A program made the translations under genes and the position numbers. 64,000 bases of DNA from an uncultured virus (IMG/VR IMGVR_UViG_3300043571_000407). Taxonomy: Duplodnaviria > Heunggongvirae > Uroviricota > Caudoviricetes. This document shows, in pieces, positions 1 to 9,801 of this stretch (position 1 is its first letter; each line of letters opens with the position of its first letter). Under the pieces are notes generated by a model. The model did not search any database and had not been told where the DNA came from. It was given only the letters and a program-made list of their open reading frames with translations. The stretch is taken from the IMG/VR virus record IMGVR_UViG_3300043571_000407. One strand, written 5' to 3'.

Positions 1-128
1 CCTTGACTGATACCGACTCCGATTGCGTCAGGATTGGAGAGGAGTTAAGACCCCGTTATGAGTGGCAGATCACCAGAGATCATGTAGCTTTTGCTAATCA
101 GAATAGTATTAAGAAGGGATGGAAATAA
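1..128 (+). CDS. 3' end of a hypothetical gene entering the window
   Basis: Open frame from position 3 (LTDTDSDC...KKGWK) to TAA at 126-128, overlapping the next ATG (TAATG). Confidence 0.5.
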   Translation, partial: LTDTDSDCVRIGEELRPRYEWQITRDHVAFANQNSIKKGWK

Positions 129-694
129 TGATCAATACTTTCATCGGAATTGACCCAGGCAAAACCGGAGCGATCGCTATCATTTCTCCATCGGGAATCA
201 AACTCATTGATTGTCCAGTTATTGAGACTGAAACTAAGGTTAAAAGCAAAAAGCCAAACCTCACGCTAATTGATCAACTTGTGGACAAGGGAACAGTCAA
301 GTCCAAGGCCAAACCCAAAACTAAAATCACAACGAAGTCAAACCCTGCATTAATGGCATCGGAGTTAGCACAGTCAACTACCTCAAACTCAATAATCGCC
401 ATAGAGAGCGTTCATTCAATGCCAGGACAGGGAGTTAGATCAACCTTTGATTTTGGGATGAATTTTGGCATTTGGTTGGGAGTGATCGCAGCGTTAAATA
501 TTCCTATGGAGTTGGTGACCCCTCAAGAATGGAAAAAGCATTATGGCTTGATAGGGAAAGACAAGGACGCATCAAGGATTATTGCGGTGCAGTTATTCCC
601 CCAGATGGCTATGGAATTAAAGCTCAAGAAATACAACGGGCGGGCCGAGGCACTTCTCCTTGCTGAATATCTGCGGCGCAAAGCAGGAGGCTAG
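128..694 (+). CDS. RuvC-like Holliday junction resolvase (phage type)
   Basis: IGIDPG N-terminus, IE..HSMPGQGVRSTFDFG, VTPQEWKK and GRAEALLLA motifs; start placed at TAATG coupling. Confidence 0.85.
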   Translation: MINTFIGIDPGKTGAIAIISPSGIKLIDCPVIETETKVKSKKPNLTLIDQLVDKGTVKSKAKPKTKITTKSNPALMASELAQSTTSNSIIAIESVHSMPGQGVRSTFDFGMNFGIWLGVIAALNIPMELVTPQEWKKHYGLIGKDKDASRIIAVQLFPQMAMELKLKKYNGRAEALLLAEYLRRKAGG

Positions 695-697
695 GAC

Positions 698-742
698 AAA
701 ACAAAACCCCGTCCAAAATACTGATGGACGGGGTTTTGTTTT
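698..742. terminator. Bidirectional intrinsic terminator
   Basis: AAAACAAAACCCCGTCCA...TGGACGGGGTTTTGTTTT between convergent genes. Confidence 0.85.
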
Positions 743-798
743 TATGGATTAACTACCGACTGTGCTAGAACTGAGTACGGAATTGATTTATCTTTTCG

Positions 799-1104
799 TC
801 AAACTAATTCTAATTCGTGAATTCTTGCCGACAAATCGGCTGTCCATTTTTCCCAGTCGTGGGTTTGACCATATTTGGATCGAAAATAATCATGCTCTGA
901 CTGAATCAGAGAAATTAGATTATTAGGGAAGCACCCATCAACCCCAAATGCTGACACGGGGAACCCTTCGGGATTGTATTCGGGGCTGTATTGATAAGTT
1001 GTCGCCATCAACGAGATGGCATCCCCAGATACTTTAAACACGGGAGTATTCCAGTTTTCTTTGAATTTTGCTCTCATTAAGTCAATTGCTGTGTAACTAT
1101 CCAT
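799..1104 (-). CDS. Hypothetical protein
   Basis: 101-aa ORF, GGAGA upstream of ATG. Confidence 0.6.
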   Translation of the reverse strand: MDSYTAIDLMRAKFKENWNTPVFKVSGDAISLMATTYQYSPEYNPEGFPVSAFGVDGCFPNNLISLIQSEHDYFRSKYGQTHDWEKWTADLSARIHELELV

Positions 1105-1170
1105 GATTTTGTCTCCGAGTGTTTAACTGTTACCTGTTACTAATATCCCATAGGTCTTAAAGAATGAATG

Positions 1171-1410
1171 TCAAGCCTTTTCCAGAAATTTTTTATAGAT
1201 TTCCTGAAACTCGGACGGTGACAGCATCCCACGCCCTAACCTCTCTATGAGTTCGGCACGAGACAAGCCAAAGGACGCTGACAGGACTTTAAGACCGTCC
1301 CACGCGACATCGGTGATGTTTATGCCCTTAGAAGTTTTGATTGTGGCGTAGTCACGGGGTTTCCCTCTGCCTCTTTTGGTGCCCATAATTATTTTAATTT
1401 GGGTTGACAT
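1171..1410 (-). CDS. Small putative DNA-binding protein (ribbon-helix-helix-like)
   Basis: Basic RGRGKPR segment then strand-helix-helix pattern ending GLSRAELIERLGR. Confidence 0.5.
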   Translation of the reverse strand: MSTQIKIIMGTKRGRGKPRDYATIKTSKGINITDVAWDGLKVLSASFGLSRAELIERLGRGMLSPSEFQEIYKKFLEKA

Positions 1411-1462
1411 ATTTATTATAACCTGTGCTATGATTATATTATATCACGGGAGAATTAAAATC

Positions 1463-1738
1463 ATGAGTAGAGAATCAAGAGTAATCTATTATATTCGGTG
1501 CGATGTTTGCGGGGAAACAGACGGAAATACCTCGTTCGATTACGATTCCGATTGGAATAAAAATCACGGGTTTAATGTTTGTGACCAGTGTTCAGAAGAT
1601 GGGGAAAACGGAGAAATCTGGGATTACCGCAGCATCGAGGAGGTTATAACGGATGAGATTCCAGACAGAGAAAACTCCACAAACGCTTTCATGAAGGCAG
1701 ACGCAGAAGGCGAGATTAAATTTGTTAAATGGCTATAG
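1463..1738 (+). CDS. Hypothetical protein with two CxxC motifs
   Basis: CDVC...CDQC; GGGAGA RBS before ATG 1463; TTGACA upstream. Confidence 0.55.
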   Translation: MSRESRVIYYIRCDVCGETDGNTSFDYDSDWNKNHGFNVCDQCSEDGENGEIWDYRSIEEVITDEIPDRENSTNAFMKADAEGEIKFVKWL

Positions 1739-1791
1739 GTTGACTATTTTCTAGTTTTGCTCTAATATATTATATATGCACTAGGTAATAT

Positions 1792-1944
1792 ATGGCAAGA
1801 CAAAAAAAGCTACAGTTGAGTCTATCGGAAACGGAGCATAATCGGCTAAAGTCCTATGCCCAAAGCCAGGAAAAGACTATGGCGGAAGTGATGCGCGATT
1901 GTATCAGAAACTTAACAACAGCAAAACAGGAGAGTCATGGGTAA
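1792..1944 (+). CDS. CopG/RHH-like small protein (50 aa, not in ORF track)
   Basis: Manual translation MARQKKLQLSLSETEHNRLKSYAQSQEKTMAEVMRDCIRNL...; overlaps next start. Confidence 0.6.
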   Translation: MARQKKLQLSLSETEHNRLKSYAQSQEKTMAEVMRDCIRNLTTAKQESHG

Positions 1945-2389
1945 AGCAGCAACACTACGGGAGCAAAAACGGAAGCAGTGGTATCTATCAGAACCTCATG
2001 TTTTTGGGAGATTTACATCTGTTATCAATGGGGTGAAGAAAATTGTTGACGGGGCTACAATCGAAAGCTATTTAGCCGATCCTGAATTATTCGATTGGAT
2101 CAAAGAAACGCTACCAAACAGTCAGAAAGGCATCCCTGATAGAGTGCTAGAAGCATCGTTGCTTGGATTAAAGGATGAAATCTTTTTATATAAAGACACT
2201 CGAATGATGCACTTGCTTTTTAAACCTGAGTGCGATATGCCTATTGCGGGTTTGTCAATATATAGCGGTCGTTTCTGGGTTAATCATAATTATCCTAAGC
2301 TGTTGGTGAAAAATCCAAACCCCAAGAATGCTACAGCTAGAGACATAGAAAAGGCTGTAACCCTTTGGAAAAAGTCGTTGTGGGACTAG
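1937..2389 (+). CDS. Hypothetical protein
   Basis: 150-aa ORF with AGGAGA RBS. Confidence 0.65.
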   Translation: MGKAATLREQKRKQWYLSEPHVFGRFTSVINGVKKIVDGATIESYLADPELFDWIKETLPNSQKGIPDRVLEASLLGLKDEIFLYKDTRMMHLLFKPECDMPIAGLSIYSGRFWVNHNYPKLLVKNPNPKNATARDIEKAVTLWKKSLWD

Positions 2390-2522
2390 CCTACAAAACT
2401 TTATGAGCAAATCCGTCTAGTTGTGCTTATAATAGAAAAACGGTCGGGGTGAGAACTTTCTTCTGTTTTCGCCTTGTCGTGTCCCACCAGTTATAGGAAG
2501 ATTGACATGAAAATTCCCAAAG

Positions 2523-2613
2523 AAAAACCCCGTCCTGAGAAGACGGGGGATTCAAAAACACCAAGAGAACGAGTCGAAATCTTTTTTAAAAACAGCAAGG
2601 ACAAAAGCCAATT
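2523..2613 (-). ncRNA. Candidate ~90-nt antisense RNA in the rep leader
   Basis: Minus-strand TTGTTT-17-TATACT promoter with extended TG (2648-2620); hairpin CCCCGTC/GACGGGG followed by T-tract (2548-2523). Confidence 0.45.
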
Positions 2614-2741
2614 CATTAAAGTATAACAAAGATATCTTGAAAAAACAAGAGTTTTTGCAAAATATTTTATGAATTGGCGATCGCACGGTCAACTAACTCC
2701 TTTTCAAACTTAAACCCCACGATACTAGAGGGATCAACACT

Positions 2742-5700
2742 ATGATTATTCAAAGACATCGAGACGAATTGCTGGCTTCAGCTATTCATCCCCATATTAT
2801 CGACTTAAACTTTGAGTCACTCAAGGGACAGGATGCTCTTGAAGCCGTATTATACGGGGAGATGGAAGCTCTAGGGAAAAAATCACCCCACTCGCTTCAG
2901 TACACCACAACCCCCCTCAAGAGGCTTTTTGAACGCTTCAAGCACCTAGAGGACGGGGGGTGGAGTTTTAGGGGCATTGATCCTCTCAACTGTTCCCAAT
3001 ATATGAAATGGGGATGTTTTAAAGCCGATAGACCTCGCTATAGTTTCAGCGACCTATTGAAGATGATTAAATACGAGCATCCGGGGAAAGTGCCTACACG
3101 AGCATTTTTCGTGGTGCCATCCTGGGAGATTGGGGTAAAAATAGCCATCAAAGCAGGGGAGCAATTTTTAGAAAGCTACAAGTCCCGATGTCCGCAGGGG
3201 GATTTTGATTGGAGTGAGGGCGATCGCCACTTTTGGGAGTGGGTAATTGAGATCAACTTGCCAATCACGATCACCGAGGGGGCTAAGAAAGCAGCGTGTT
3301 TGATGTCGGCGGGATACGCTTGCATCGGATTGCCTGGGATTACTGGGGGAGTGCGGACTAGCCGAGAGGACGGTAACGGATTTAAGGAGAAGTGCGCTCC
3401 TTACCTGATTCCTGAGTTAGAGATTTTTGTGACGACAGGGCGACGGGTGAATATTGTTTTTGACCATGAAACAAAAATCAAAACCATTCGCAACGTCCAA
3501 AGGGAGATAAATAAATTAGGTGAGCTTTTTCAGAAGGACAAACGGGATGTCCGTGTGATCAGTTTTCCTGGGCCAGAGAAGGGAGTTGATGATTTTATCA
3601 TGGCGCATGGAGAAGAAGAATTTGATCTTCTATATAACAAGGCTCCTGATTATCGGATTTATCAATTCAACAGAGGGTGGCAACTAACCAAGACTCCGAC
3701 ATTGACCCTAAACGTTCGATATTTGGGAGATTTACCCACTCCTACTACTGGGCCTGTTTTTATCCAGTCAGGCATGGGGACAGGGAAAACTAAACGGCTA
3801 GAACCTATTGCGCGGGAGGCTATTGCTAGTGGGCGGCGGGTTTTGGTGATTACCCACAGGGTTGAACTTGGGCGGGCAATCTGCAATGCGGTGGGTGTGC
3901 CTTGGGTTGAGGAGTGCAAGGGAAGCGTTGAAGGGAAAAACCTGGGGTATGGGTTGTGTGTAGATAGTTTACACCCACTGAGCCAAGCCAATTTTAACCC
4001 AGAGGATTGGGAGGGTGCGGTGGTGATCATAGATGAAGTTGAGCAAGTCCTTTGGCATTTGTTCAATAGTTCAACCTGTGCCGAAAAACGGACAGCAATC
4101 CTTTCAAGTCTGGAAACGTTACTGAAAAGCGTTCTAACAACGGGAGGATTGTTAATTGCCCAAGATGCCGACCTTTCAAATTACTCAATTGACTACCTTA
4201 CGGAATTGTCGGGGATTGAAAATCTGGAACCCTACATTGTCGTCAATAAATACAAAGGAAACGGGCGCAAGGTTCATTTCTATAGCCATAAAGTCGAAGC
4301 ACTCTACAAAGAGATAGACAAGCAAATTCGTGAAGGCAAGCGAATGATAATCGTGGAGGATAGCCAAAAAGTTAAAGGCAAATTCTCGGCAATCAATATG
4401 GAATCACACATCCGTAAGAATCATCCCCACGTCCGTGTTATTCGGATTGACTCGGAGACTGTATCAAATCCAAATCACCCGGCTTTTTGCTGTGCAAAAA
4501 ACATTGACACGGTGATTGAATCGGGTCAATATGACGTTGTGATTGCTTCCCCCACAATCGGGACAGGTGTATCTATTGACCTCAAAGGCTATTTTCACAG
4601 CGTGTTTGGGCTTTTCAAGGGAGCGATCGCCACAAACGATGTCCTCCAGATGATGTCGCGGCTTCGGGACTTGGCGGCTGAATGGCATTTATGGTGCGCT
4701 CAGTACGGGTGCAGCAAGGTTGGGAATGGGTCATCTGGCGCGCACGTCCTCCTTGAATCTCAAGATCGGGTGACTCGCAAGCATATCGAAATCTTAGAGA
4801 AATACGACAGGGCAGGATTTGATATCGACACCCAAACCGACACTCGGCACACAAGTGCATGGGCTAAGTATGCGGCACGAATCAACGCAGGGCAGTGGAA
4901 ATACCGAGAAACGGTTCTTTACCTATTGAAACAGGAAGGGCATGATGTTTCCAATTCGGATGATTCTCAAATGCGATTTGACGAGGATAGATTAGCTTCT
5001 GAAGAAGCGATCGCCCGACAAATGGGGGATTTAGAGAAAGCCGACGATATTCAATACGAACGGGGACGGATTGAAGTCATCACGGACGAGCTTGACAGTA
5101 AGATTCAGGTAATCAAAGCCGAGGCGGAGGAGATTCGCACCCAGAATCGGGTGGCGAACGCCGAGGTAATCACGAACGCGGAGGATATTTCGTTCTCTAA
5201 ATACGAGAAGCTGCAAGACAAGAAAGCCAAAACCCCAGAAGAACTGGCGGAGCAGCAAAAATACTACCTGAAGGACACATATAAAATAGATGTCACGCCA
5301 GAGCTTGTCTTAAAGGACGAGGACGGTTGGCTAAAACAGCTACGATTGCACTATTTCTATATGAATCCTGAGCAAGTTCATGATCGGGATGCCAATCACA
5401 TCAAAAATGCGGTACAAAACGGGGATGGGCAAGTCCACCTGCCGGACATCAAACTTTATAGTGCCTGTGTTGAAATTCTCAAGTTGATGGAACTGGATCG
5501 ATTCCTGAACGGAGAGGAATTTACTAATGAATCCGAATTGATCCAAAAACTAGGCAAAATCTTCAAGGAACAGGGGCGAGAGATTCGGGAATATTTTAAG
5601 GTAGGGCCGACAGGCTTGACCCCGATTGCTCAGATCAACCGATTTTTCAAAGATACTATTGGACTAAGAATGTCTGGGCGGCAAATCCGTGACGAGGAAG

Positions 5701-6314
5701 GGAATAGAACAAGAGCTTATTCCTTCAAAGGCTTTGAGGATGGACGTTCTGTGGTTTTTGAAGCCTGGGATAAAAATGTAGCCCAATATACCAATAACGA
5801 GATAATGGCTGTCACACCAAAACATAATAGAAGATTAATAAAAAACACTGACACCACTAATAAAATTCAGTGTGATCAAATTCAGTGTGATCATGGAGAA
5901 GAAGGAACACCCTTTCCAGTAGATATAAAGCGGGGGGAAGAAGCCCAGCGAGTAGCGATTTCATTGACCAAGCCAGAAGAAGCTCAAAACACTCCCAAAG
6001 ATTGGCAAAATCAGGGGAGTGCGGTGGGTTCCGGTACTTTGGTAGAGGCGGTGTCGAATAGTTGGAAGGGTGTTGTGCGGCTGGTTAAGTCGGTCTTCCC
6101 TGAATGTTGGGTAGCTAAGTATGAAGTCAGCTTCCTAAAACGAAACCTCTTGCTAGAAACAGCAGGGAAGGCATTTACAATCGACTCACCCGCCGCACAA
6201 TGGGTTCATAACGCATTAGACCCCGATGGTGGTGCATGGGCTTTCCAGGGCTACATAGAGGGCAGTACGCAGATGTACACAATCCCTCTGGGATGCCTGG
6301 ATTTCAATCCATAA
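2742..6314 (+). CDS. Cyanobacterial plasmid-type replication protein (DUF3854 primase-like domain plus helicase; CyRepA-like)
   Basis: ITEGAKKA, IGLPGITGG, IVFD, KGVDDFI motifs; Walker A SGMGTGKT; Walker B IIDEVEQ; SPTIGTGVSID; QMMSRLR; 1190 aa. Confidence 0.85.
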   Translation: MIIQRHRDELLASAIHPHIIDLNFESLKGQDALEAVLYGEMEALGKKSPHSLQYTTTPLKRLFERFKHLEDGGWSFRGIDPLNCSQYMKWGCFKADRPRYSFSDLLKMIKYEHPGKVPTRAFFVVPSWEIGVKIAIKAGEQFLESYKSRCPQGDFDWSEGDRHFWEWVIEINLPITITEGAKKAACLMSAGYACIGLPGITGGVRTSREDGNGFKEKCAPYLIPELEIFVTTGRRVNIVFDHETKIKTIRNVQREINKLGELFQKDKRDVRVISFPGPEKGVDDFIMAHGEEEFDLLYNKAPDYRIYQFNRGWQLTKTPTLTLNVRYLGDLPTPTTGPVFIQSGMGTGKTKRLEPIAREAIASGRRVLVITHRVELGRAICNAVGVPWVEECKGSVEGKNLGYGLCVDSLHPLSQANFNPEDWEGAVVIIDEVEQVLWHLFNSSTCAEKRTAILSSLETLLKSVLTTGGLLIAQDADLSNYSIDYLTELSGIENLEPYIVVNKYKGNGRKVHFYSHKVEALYKEIDKQIREGKRMIIVEDSQKVKGKFSAINMESHIRKNHPHVRVIRIDSETVSNPNHPAFCCAKNIDTVIESGQYDVVIASPTIGTGVSIDLKGYFHSVFGLFKGAIATNDVLQMMSRLRDLAAEWHLWCAQYGCSKVGNGSSGAHVLLESQDRVTRKHIEILEKYDRAGFDIDTQTDTRHTSAWAKYAARINAGQWKYRETVLYLLKQEGHDVSNSDDSQMRFDEDRLASEEAIARQMGDLEKADDIQYERGRIEVITDELDSKIQVIKAEAEEIRTQNRVANAEVITNAEDISFSKYEKLQDKKAKTPEELAEQQKYYLKDTYKIDVTPELVLKDEDGWLKQLRLHYFYMNPEQVHDRDANHIKNAVQNGDGQVHLPDIKLYSACVEILKLMELDRFLNGEEFTNESELIQKLGKIFKEQGREIREYFKVGPTGLTPIAQINRFFKDTIGLRMSGRQIRDEEGNRTRAYSFKGFEDGRSVVFEAWDKNVAQYTNNEIMAVTPKHNRRLIKNTDTTNKIQCDQIQCDHGEEGTPFPVDIKRGEEAQRVAISLTKPEEAQNTPKDWQNQGSAVGSGTLVEAVSNSWKGVVRLVKSVFPECWVAKYEVSFLKRNLLLETAGKAFTIDSPAAQWVHNALDPDGGAWAFQGYIEGSTQMYTIPLGCLDFNP

Positions 6315-6322
6315 AATAGGCA

Positions 6323-6432
6323 ATATTGTCCTGATATTGTCCTGATATTGTCCTGATATTGTCCTGATATTGTCCTGATATTGTCCTGATATTGTCCTGA
6401 TATTGTCCTGATATTGTCCTGATATTGTCCTG
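6323..6432. repeat. Tandem repeat (ATATTGTCCTG) x10
   Basis: Ten perfect 11-bp units starting just after the rep stop. Confidence 0.95.
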
Positions 6433-6494
6433 CCCACAAAATCAGAATCAAAAAGGACATCGCAACACCTCAAAAAATATTTTCAGAAAACGCT

Positions 6495-6576
6495 TGACAT
6501 ATTCTGGATATCTGTATTCGTGTGTTCCATTCTAACCTTTTTTGATTTTAACTATTGATCCACCACCCGATTTGAC
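6495..6576. repeat. 82-bp direct repeat, copy 1
   Basis: Identical to 8200-8281. Confidence 0.95.
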
Positions 6577-7308
6577 CCTAATGGTTTAGGGAAGAATCAA
6601 CCATCTATAGGTTTTGGTTTTCGTATGATGGAGCGATATGGGGGTTTGCCTCAATCAACTATATCTGATTGGATAACGAAGGAATCGGTATTTGAGGGTG
6701 AACGCTTCAGAGAGATTCAACTCCTGAGACTCCCTTCGGGTAAGACTTTGAGGGTGACCGGAATTATAGGTTTAGACAACAATGAGTATCTTGTCTTAGA
6801 GGTGGCTGAATGGGTGCTTCTTGCTGCTGATGTTCTCAAACAGCCAGGGAGAGTGAAGAAAGCTACTCAAAACAGTCTTATTGATTTTCTAAGTTGGTTT
6901 GCGGTTAAAGGCTTCTATGCGGATGCTTATGCTTTTCTTAAAGGAAATTATACTGAGGCTGATAGTCGTGCTGTTTCTTCTTGGATGCAGTCTCGGTTAG
7001 CTGGAATTGCAACAAGGAATAGATACACAAAATTTTTAAATGAACATGGTTGCGAGGAATGGTATGAGTATGCTAATTGGACTAATTATATTTATATAGG
7101 TTTGTTTAGTAGGACAGCAAAACAAATGAAGGAAGAATGGGAGCTTGTAGAGGGCAGTAAGAATATAGGACGTAATTACATACCAGAGGTTAAAGGATTA
7201 GAAGCAGTTGATTTTTGTGAAAGGCAGGTTATTGAATTACATCATCAAGATTTAAAACAAGCTCACGATGATGCAATTGATTATGCTAAGAAAAGAGGTT
7301 TGATTTGA
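6577..7308 (+). CDS. Hypothetical protein, probably 5'-truncated at the repeat junction
   Basis: ATG at 6625, but frame stays open upstream (DPNGLGKNQPSIGFGFR-MM) into the repeat; no clear RBS. Confidence 0.6.
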   Translation, partial: PNGLGKNQPSIGFGFRMMERYGGLPQSTISDWITKESVFEGERFREIQLLRLPSGKTLRVTGIIGLDNNEYLVLEVAEWVLLAADVLKQPGRVKKATQNSLIDFLSWFAVKGFYADAYAFLKGNYTEADSRAVSSWMQSRLAGIATRNRYTKFLNEHGCEEWYEYANWTNYIYIGLFSRTAKQMKEEWELVEGSKNIGRNYIPEVKGLEAVDFCERQVIELHHQDLKQAHDDAIDYAKKRGLI

Positions 7309-7711
7309 ATTTTAGAGAAAATAAATAATTTATTGATTATAATATCCAAGTAATACATGGTTTATTGTAAAAATAACGGCGTGTTACTCGGACATATTTC
7401 AGGTGAAGATGGAATTTAAAAAAAATATAAATTATTAGATTCTGATTAACCGTGTATTACACGAATAGTCATGGTATTATGGGTTCATAACTTAATTGCC
7501 TATTCAGGCTAACTCTAGGGCTAAATCCCTTTTCGGCGTTGATGACCCAGAAGCATTGGCTCTGCCTCAAAACTTCTAGCTAAATCAATCAAGTGAGAAA
7601 AAGCATTGGTGAAAACCTCACACTTTTTCTGGAGTAGGTACGGTGGTTAGGGGTTGCATAATTTTCTGTTGGGGTAGTAAATTTTATACTAGCCTATATT
7701 GCTTTGTTTAT

Positions 7712-8263
7712 ATGCCAGACCTGGTTGCATTTGAGTATGAAGGTGTTTTAGTAGTTGATTCTCGATTGGTTGCTCAAGAGCTTGGAATCGAACATAATAG
7801 CTTTATAGCAACTATTCAAACCTATCAAGAGCTTGTGGAGAGGGAGTTTGGAGTTTTTCGATTTCAAATCGAAAAACCTCTTACTTCCAGAGGAGGTCGC
7901 CCTAGAAGGTTTGTTTACCTTAATGAAGGGCAAGCTACATTTTTAATGACACTGAGTCAAAACACTCCTCAAGTGGTTTTGTGCAAGCTGCGTTTAGTTA
8001 AAGCATTTGAAGAAGCTAAAGAGATTTTAAGACGACAGCAGGAGGTTAGTTATGCTAACCATGTGCCTTATTGGTATCAACGAATGGCGTTAGCTTTGAG
8101 TGATATCAGTAAACCTTTACCTGATGGACACTTTTGTATTTATTTAAGGATGATGGACTTTTTCTCGCAATTAGAGATTAAGTTAAAGTATATAGTCCCT
8201 GACATATTCTGGATATCTGTATTCGTGTGTTCCATTCTAACCTTTTTTGATTTTAACTATTGA
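7712..8263 (+). pseudogene. Rha-family phage regulatory protein, 3'-truncated by the direct repeat
   Basis: VVDSRLVAQELGIEH, GGRP, LNEGQATFLMTLSQNT, KLRLVKAF; last ~20 codons read from the repeat. Confidence 0.75.
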
Positions 8264-8281
8264 TCCACCACCCGATTTGAC
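8200..8281. repeat. 82-bp direct repeat, copy 2
   Basis: Identical to 6495-6576. Confidence 0.95.
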
Positions 8282-8415
8282 GATATTTGGCTATAGGATC
8301 GTTTTTGTTGAGCGGTGGCTTGCCAACTAAAAGCCTTACAAAAGCGAAGATAAAGAATAAAATAACACCAGAAGAGAATGTTTTTCCTGGTGTTATTCTT
8401 TATATTTTGTTGGTT

Positions 8416-9150
8416 CTATTTAGAAAGAATGATTATTTTCCCCCCGACGTTAGTTCCGCTTTCTTTGAATGCTCCCTGCTCAATATCTAAGACTTCCGCA
8501 TCATTCTCGTCTAGGAATTGAATAAACTGGATCTGTTTCCGTTGACTCCCGTTAAACCAGGACGTAGAACAAATCGAAACCAACCGACCACCATCATTTA
8601 AGCAGTCCCACATCTTTAGGATATGGTCAATATCCTGATTTTTGGTAAATGGAGGATTGGCAATAATCCGGTCATACTTCCCCTCGCTATGATTCAGAAA
8701 ATCGTCTCCTAGTAAATTGAATTTGAGCTTGGTTTTTTTTAGGATAATGCGATTAACCTCCATCAACTCGTAGCAGTCCACCCTTACATTACAAATGGCG
8801 TTTATCGCCCGAATGATGGCTCCTTGTCCGGCGCTCGGCTCTAATATTGAATGGTTATTATCAACCTTCGCTAGTTCAACCAAGTAGTTAGCGAGTGGGG
8901 CAGGGGTTCCAAAAAACTGAAATTCTTTCTTGAGATTGCGATCGCCACCATTGGCAATTTCGCTTAATAATTCAGTTGGATCAGTTAAGAAAACAAATCC
9001 TTGAACTTTCCCTCCTTTCCACTTGCCACCGATTAAATTAAGGGATTTGGCAACTTCCAGATAAAGTTTTCTTTCTAACTGGTCTTCTGGGAGTTTGACG
9101 ATATTCCCGTCAACGGTACATTTGGACAAAATATCTTCTTTCGTGGTCAT
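8416..9150 (-). CDS. SAM-dependent amino-methyltransferase (probable N6-adenine DNA MTase)
   Basis: Motif I LEPSAGQG, motif IV IIANPPF, QFFGTP. Confidence 0.85.
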   Translation of the reverse strand: MTTKEDILSKCTVDGNIVKLPEDQLERKLYLEVAKSLNLIGGKWKGGKVQGFVFLTDPTELLSEIANGGDRNLKKEFQFFGTPAPLANYLVELAKVDNNHSILEPSAGQGAIIRAINAICNVRVDCYELMEVNRIILKKTKLKFNLLGDDFLNHSEGKYDRIIANPPFTKNQDIDHILKMWDCLNDGGRLVSICSTSWFNGSQRKQIQFIQFLDENDAEVLDIEQGAFKESGTNVGGKIIILSK

Positions 9151-9422
9151 GATTCTTCCTGAGAGTTGTTTTCGGTGCTTTTGATACTTACCATGCTTTT
9201 AACTTTGTTACGTTCATCCTCAAAAGACAAATACGTCCCTAAATCCTCTTTTTTGACGAAAGTGATCAACGTATAACCACTGATCTCCTTTTTTTCGGCA
9301 ACAACCCATCCTTTACTTGCCATCTGCTTCACTGCAAGAGCTATTTTTTCAGGGTTTTGATTTGTATATCCCTTTACCTTTATTTGGACTTTTGAGGCGA
9401 AACACCTTTTCGTGATTGTCAT
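9147..9422 (-). CDS. Hypothetical protein
   Basis: 91-aa ORF, ATGA-coupled to the methyltransferase. Confidence 0.6.
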   Translation of the reverse strand: MTITKRCFASKVQIKVKGYTNQNPEKIALAVKQMASKGWVVAEKKEISGYTLITFVKKEDLGTYLSFEDERNKVKSMVSIKSTENNSQEES

Positions 9423-9683
9423 ATTAATTTAATTCAACTCCTACTCTTTGTTGTTGGATTAGGGGTTATTCCCTATTGCTCCAATTATAACTTAAACCCG
9501 ATGAATTATCAATGACAACACCACAAGAACAAAAAGAGTGACTAGCAGGGGTTGGGTTTCGCGTGTTACGGGGTGATTAGGCTTTTTGGATGGCAGTCCC
9601 ACAAAAATCCCTTACAAGAATAAGCCCAGACACCGGACACACAGGGACTTTCAGGGATTTCTAAAAATTCTTTTAGAAATCGC

Positions 9684-9712
9684 TTGACAATTCCTATGGT
9701 TCGAGCTATAGT
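9684..9712 (+). promoter_or_regulatory. Sigma70-type promoter
   Basis: TTGACA-17-TATAGT with upstream A/T tracts. Confidence 0.7.
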
Positions 9713-9801
9713 TAAAAAAGTAGAAAACATAAAGGAAACGGCTGGCTACCCTGCAAAAGTCACCAACCGAATCCCTCCACCTAACACAAGGCTTAAATAT
9801 T

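Noticed and set aside
6323..6432. CRISPR array (also 34155-34238 and 54304-54367)
   Set aside because: Units are contiguous with no unique spacers; no cas genes in the window
6495..8281. attL/attR of an integrated element
   Set aside because: No integrase or tRNA; the enclosed DNA is only two broken genes
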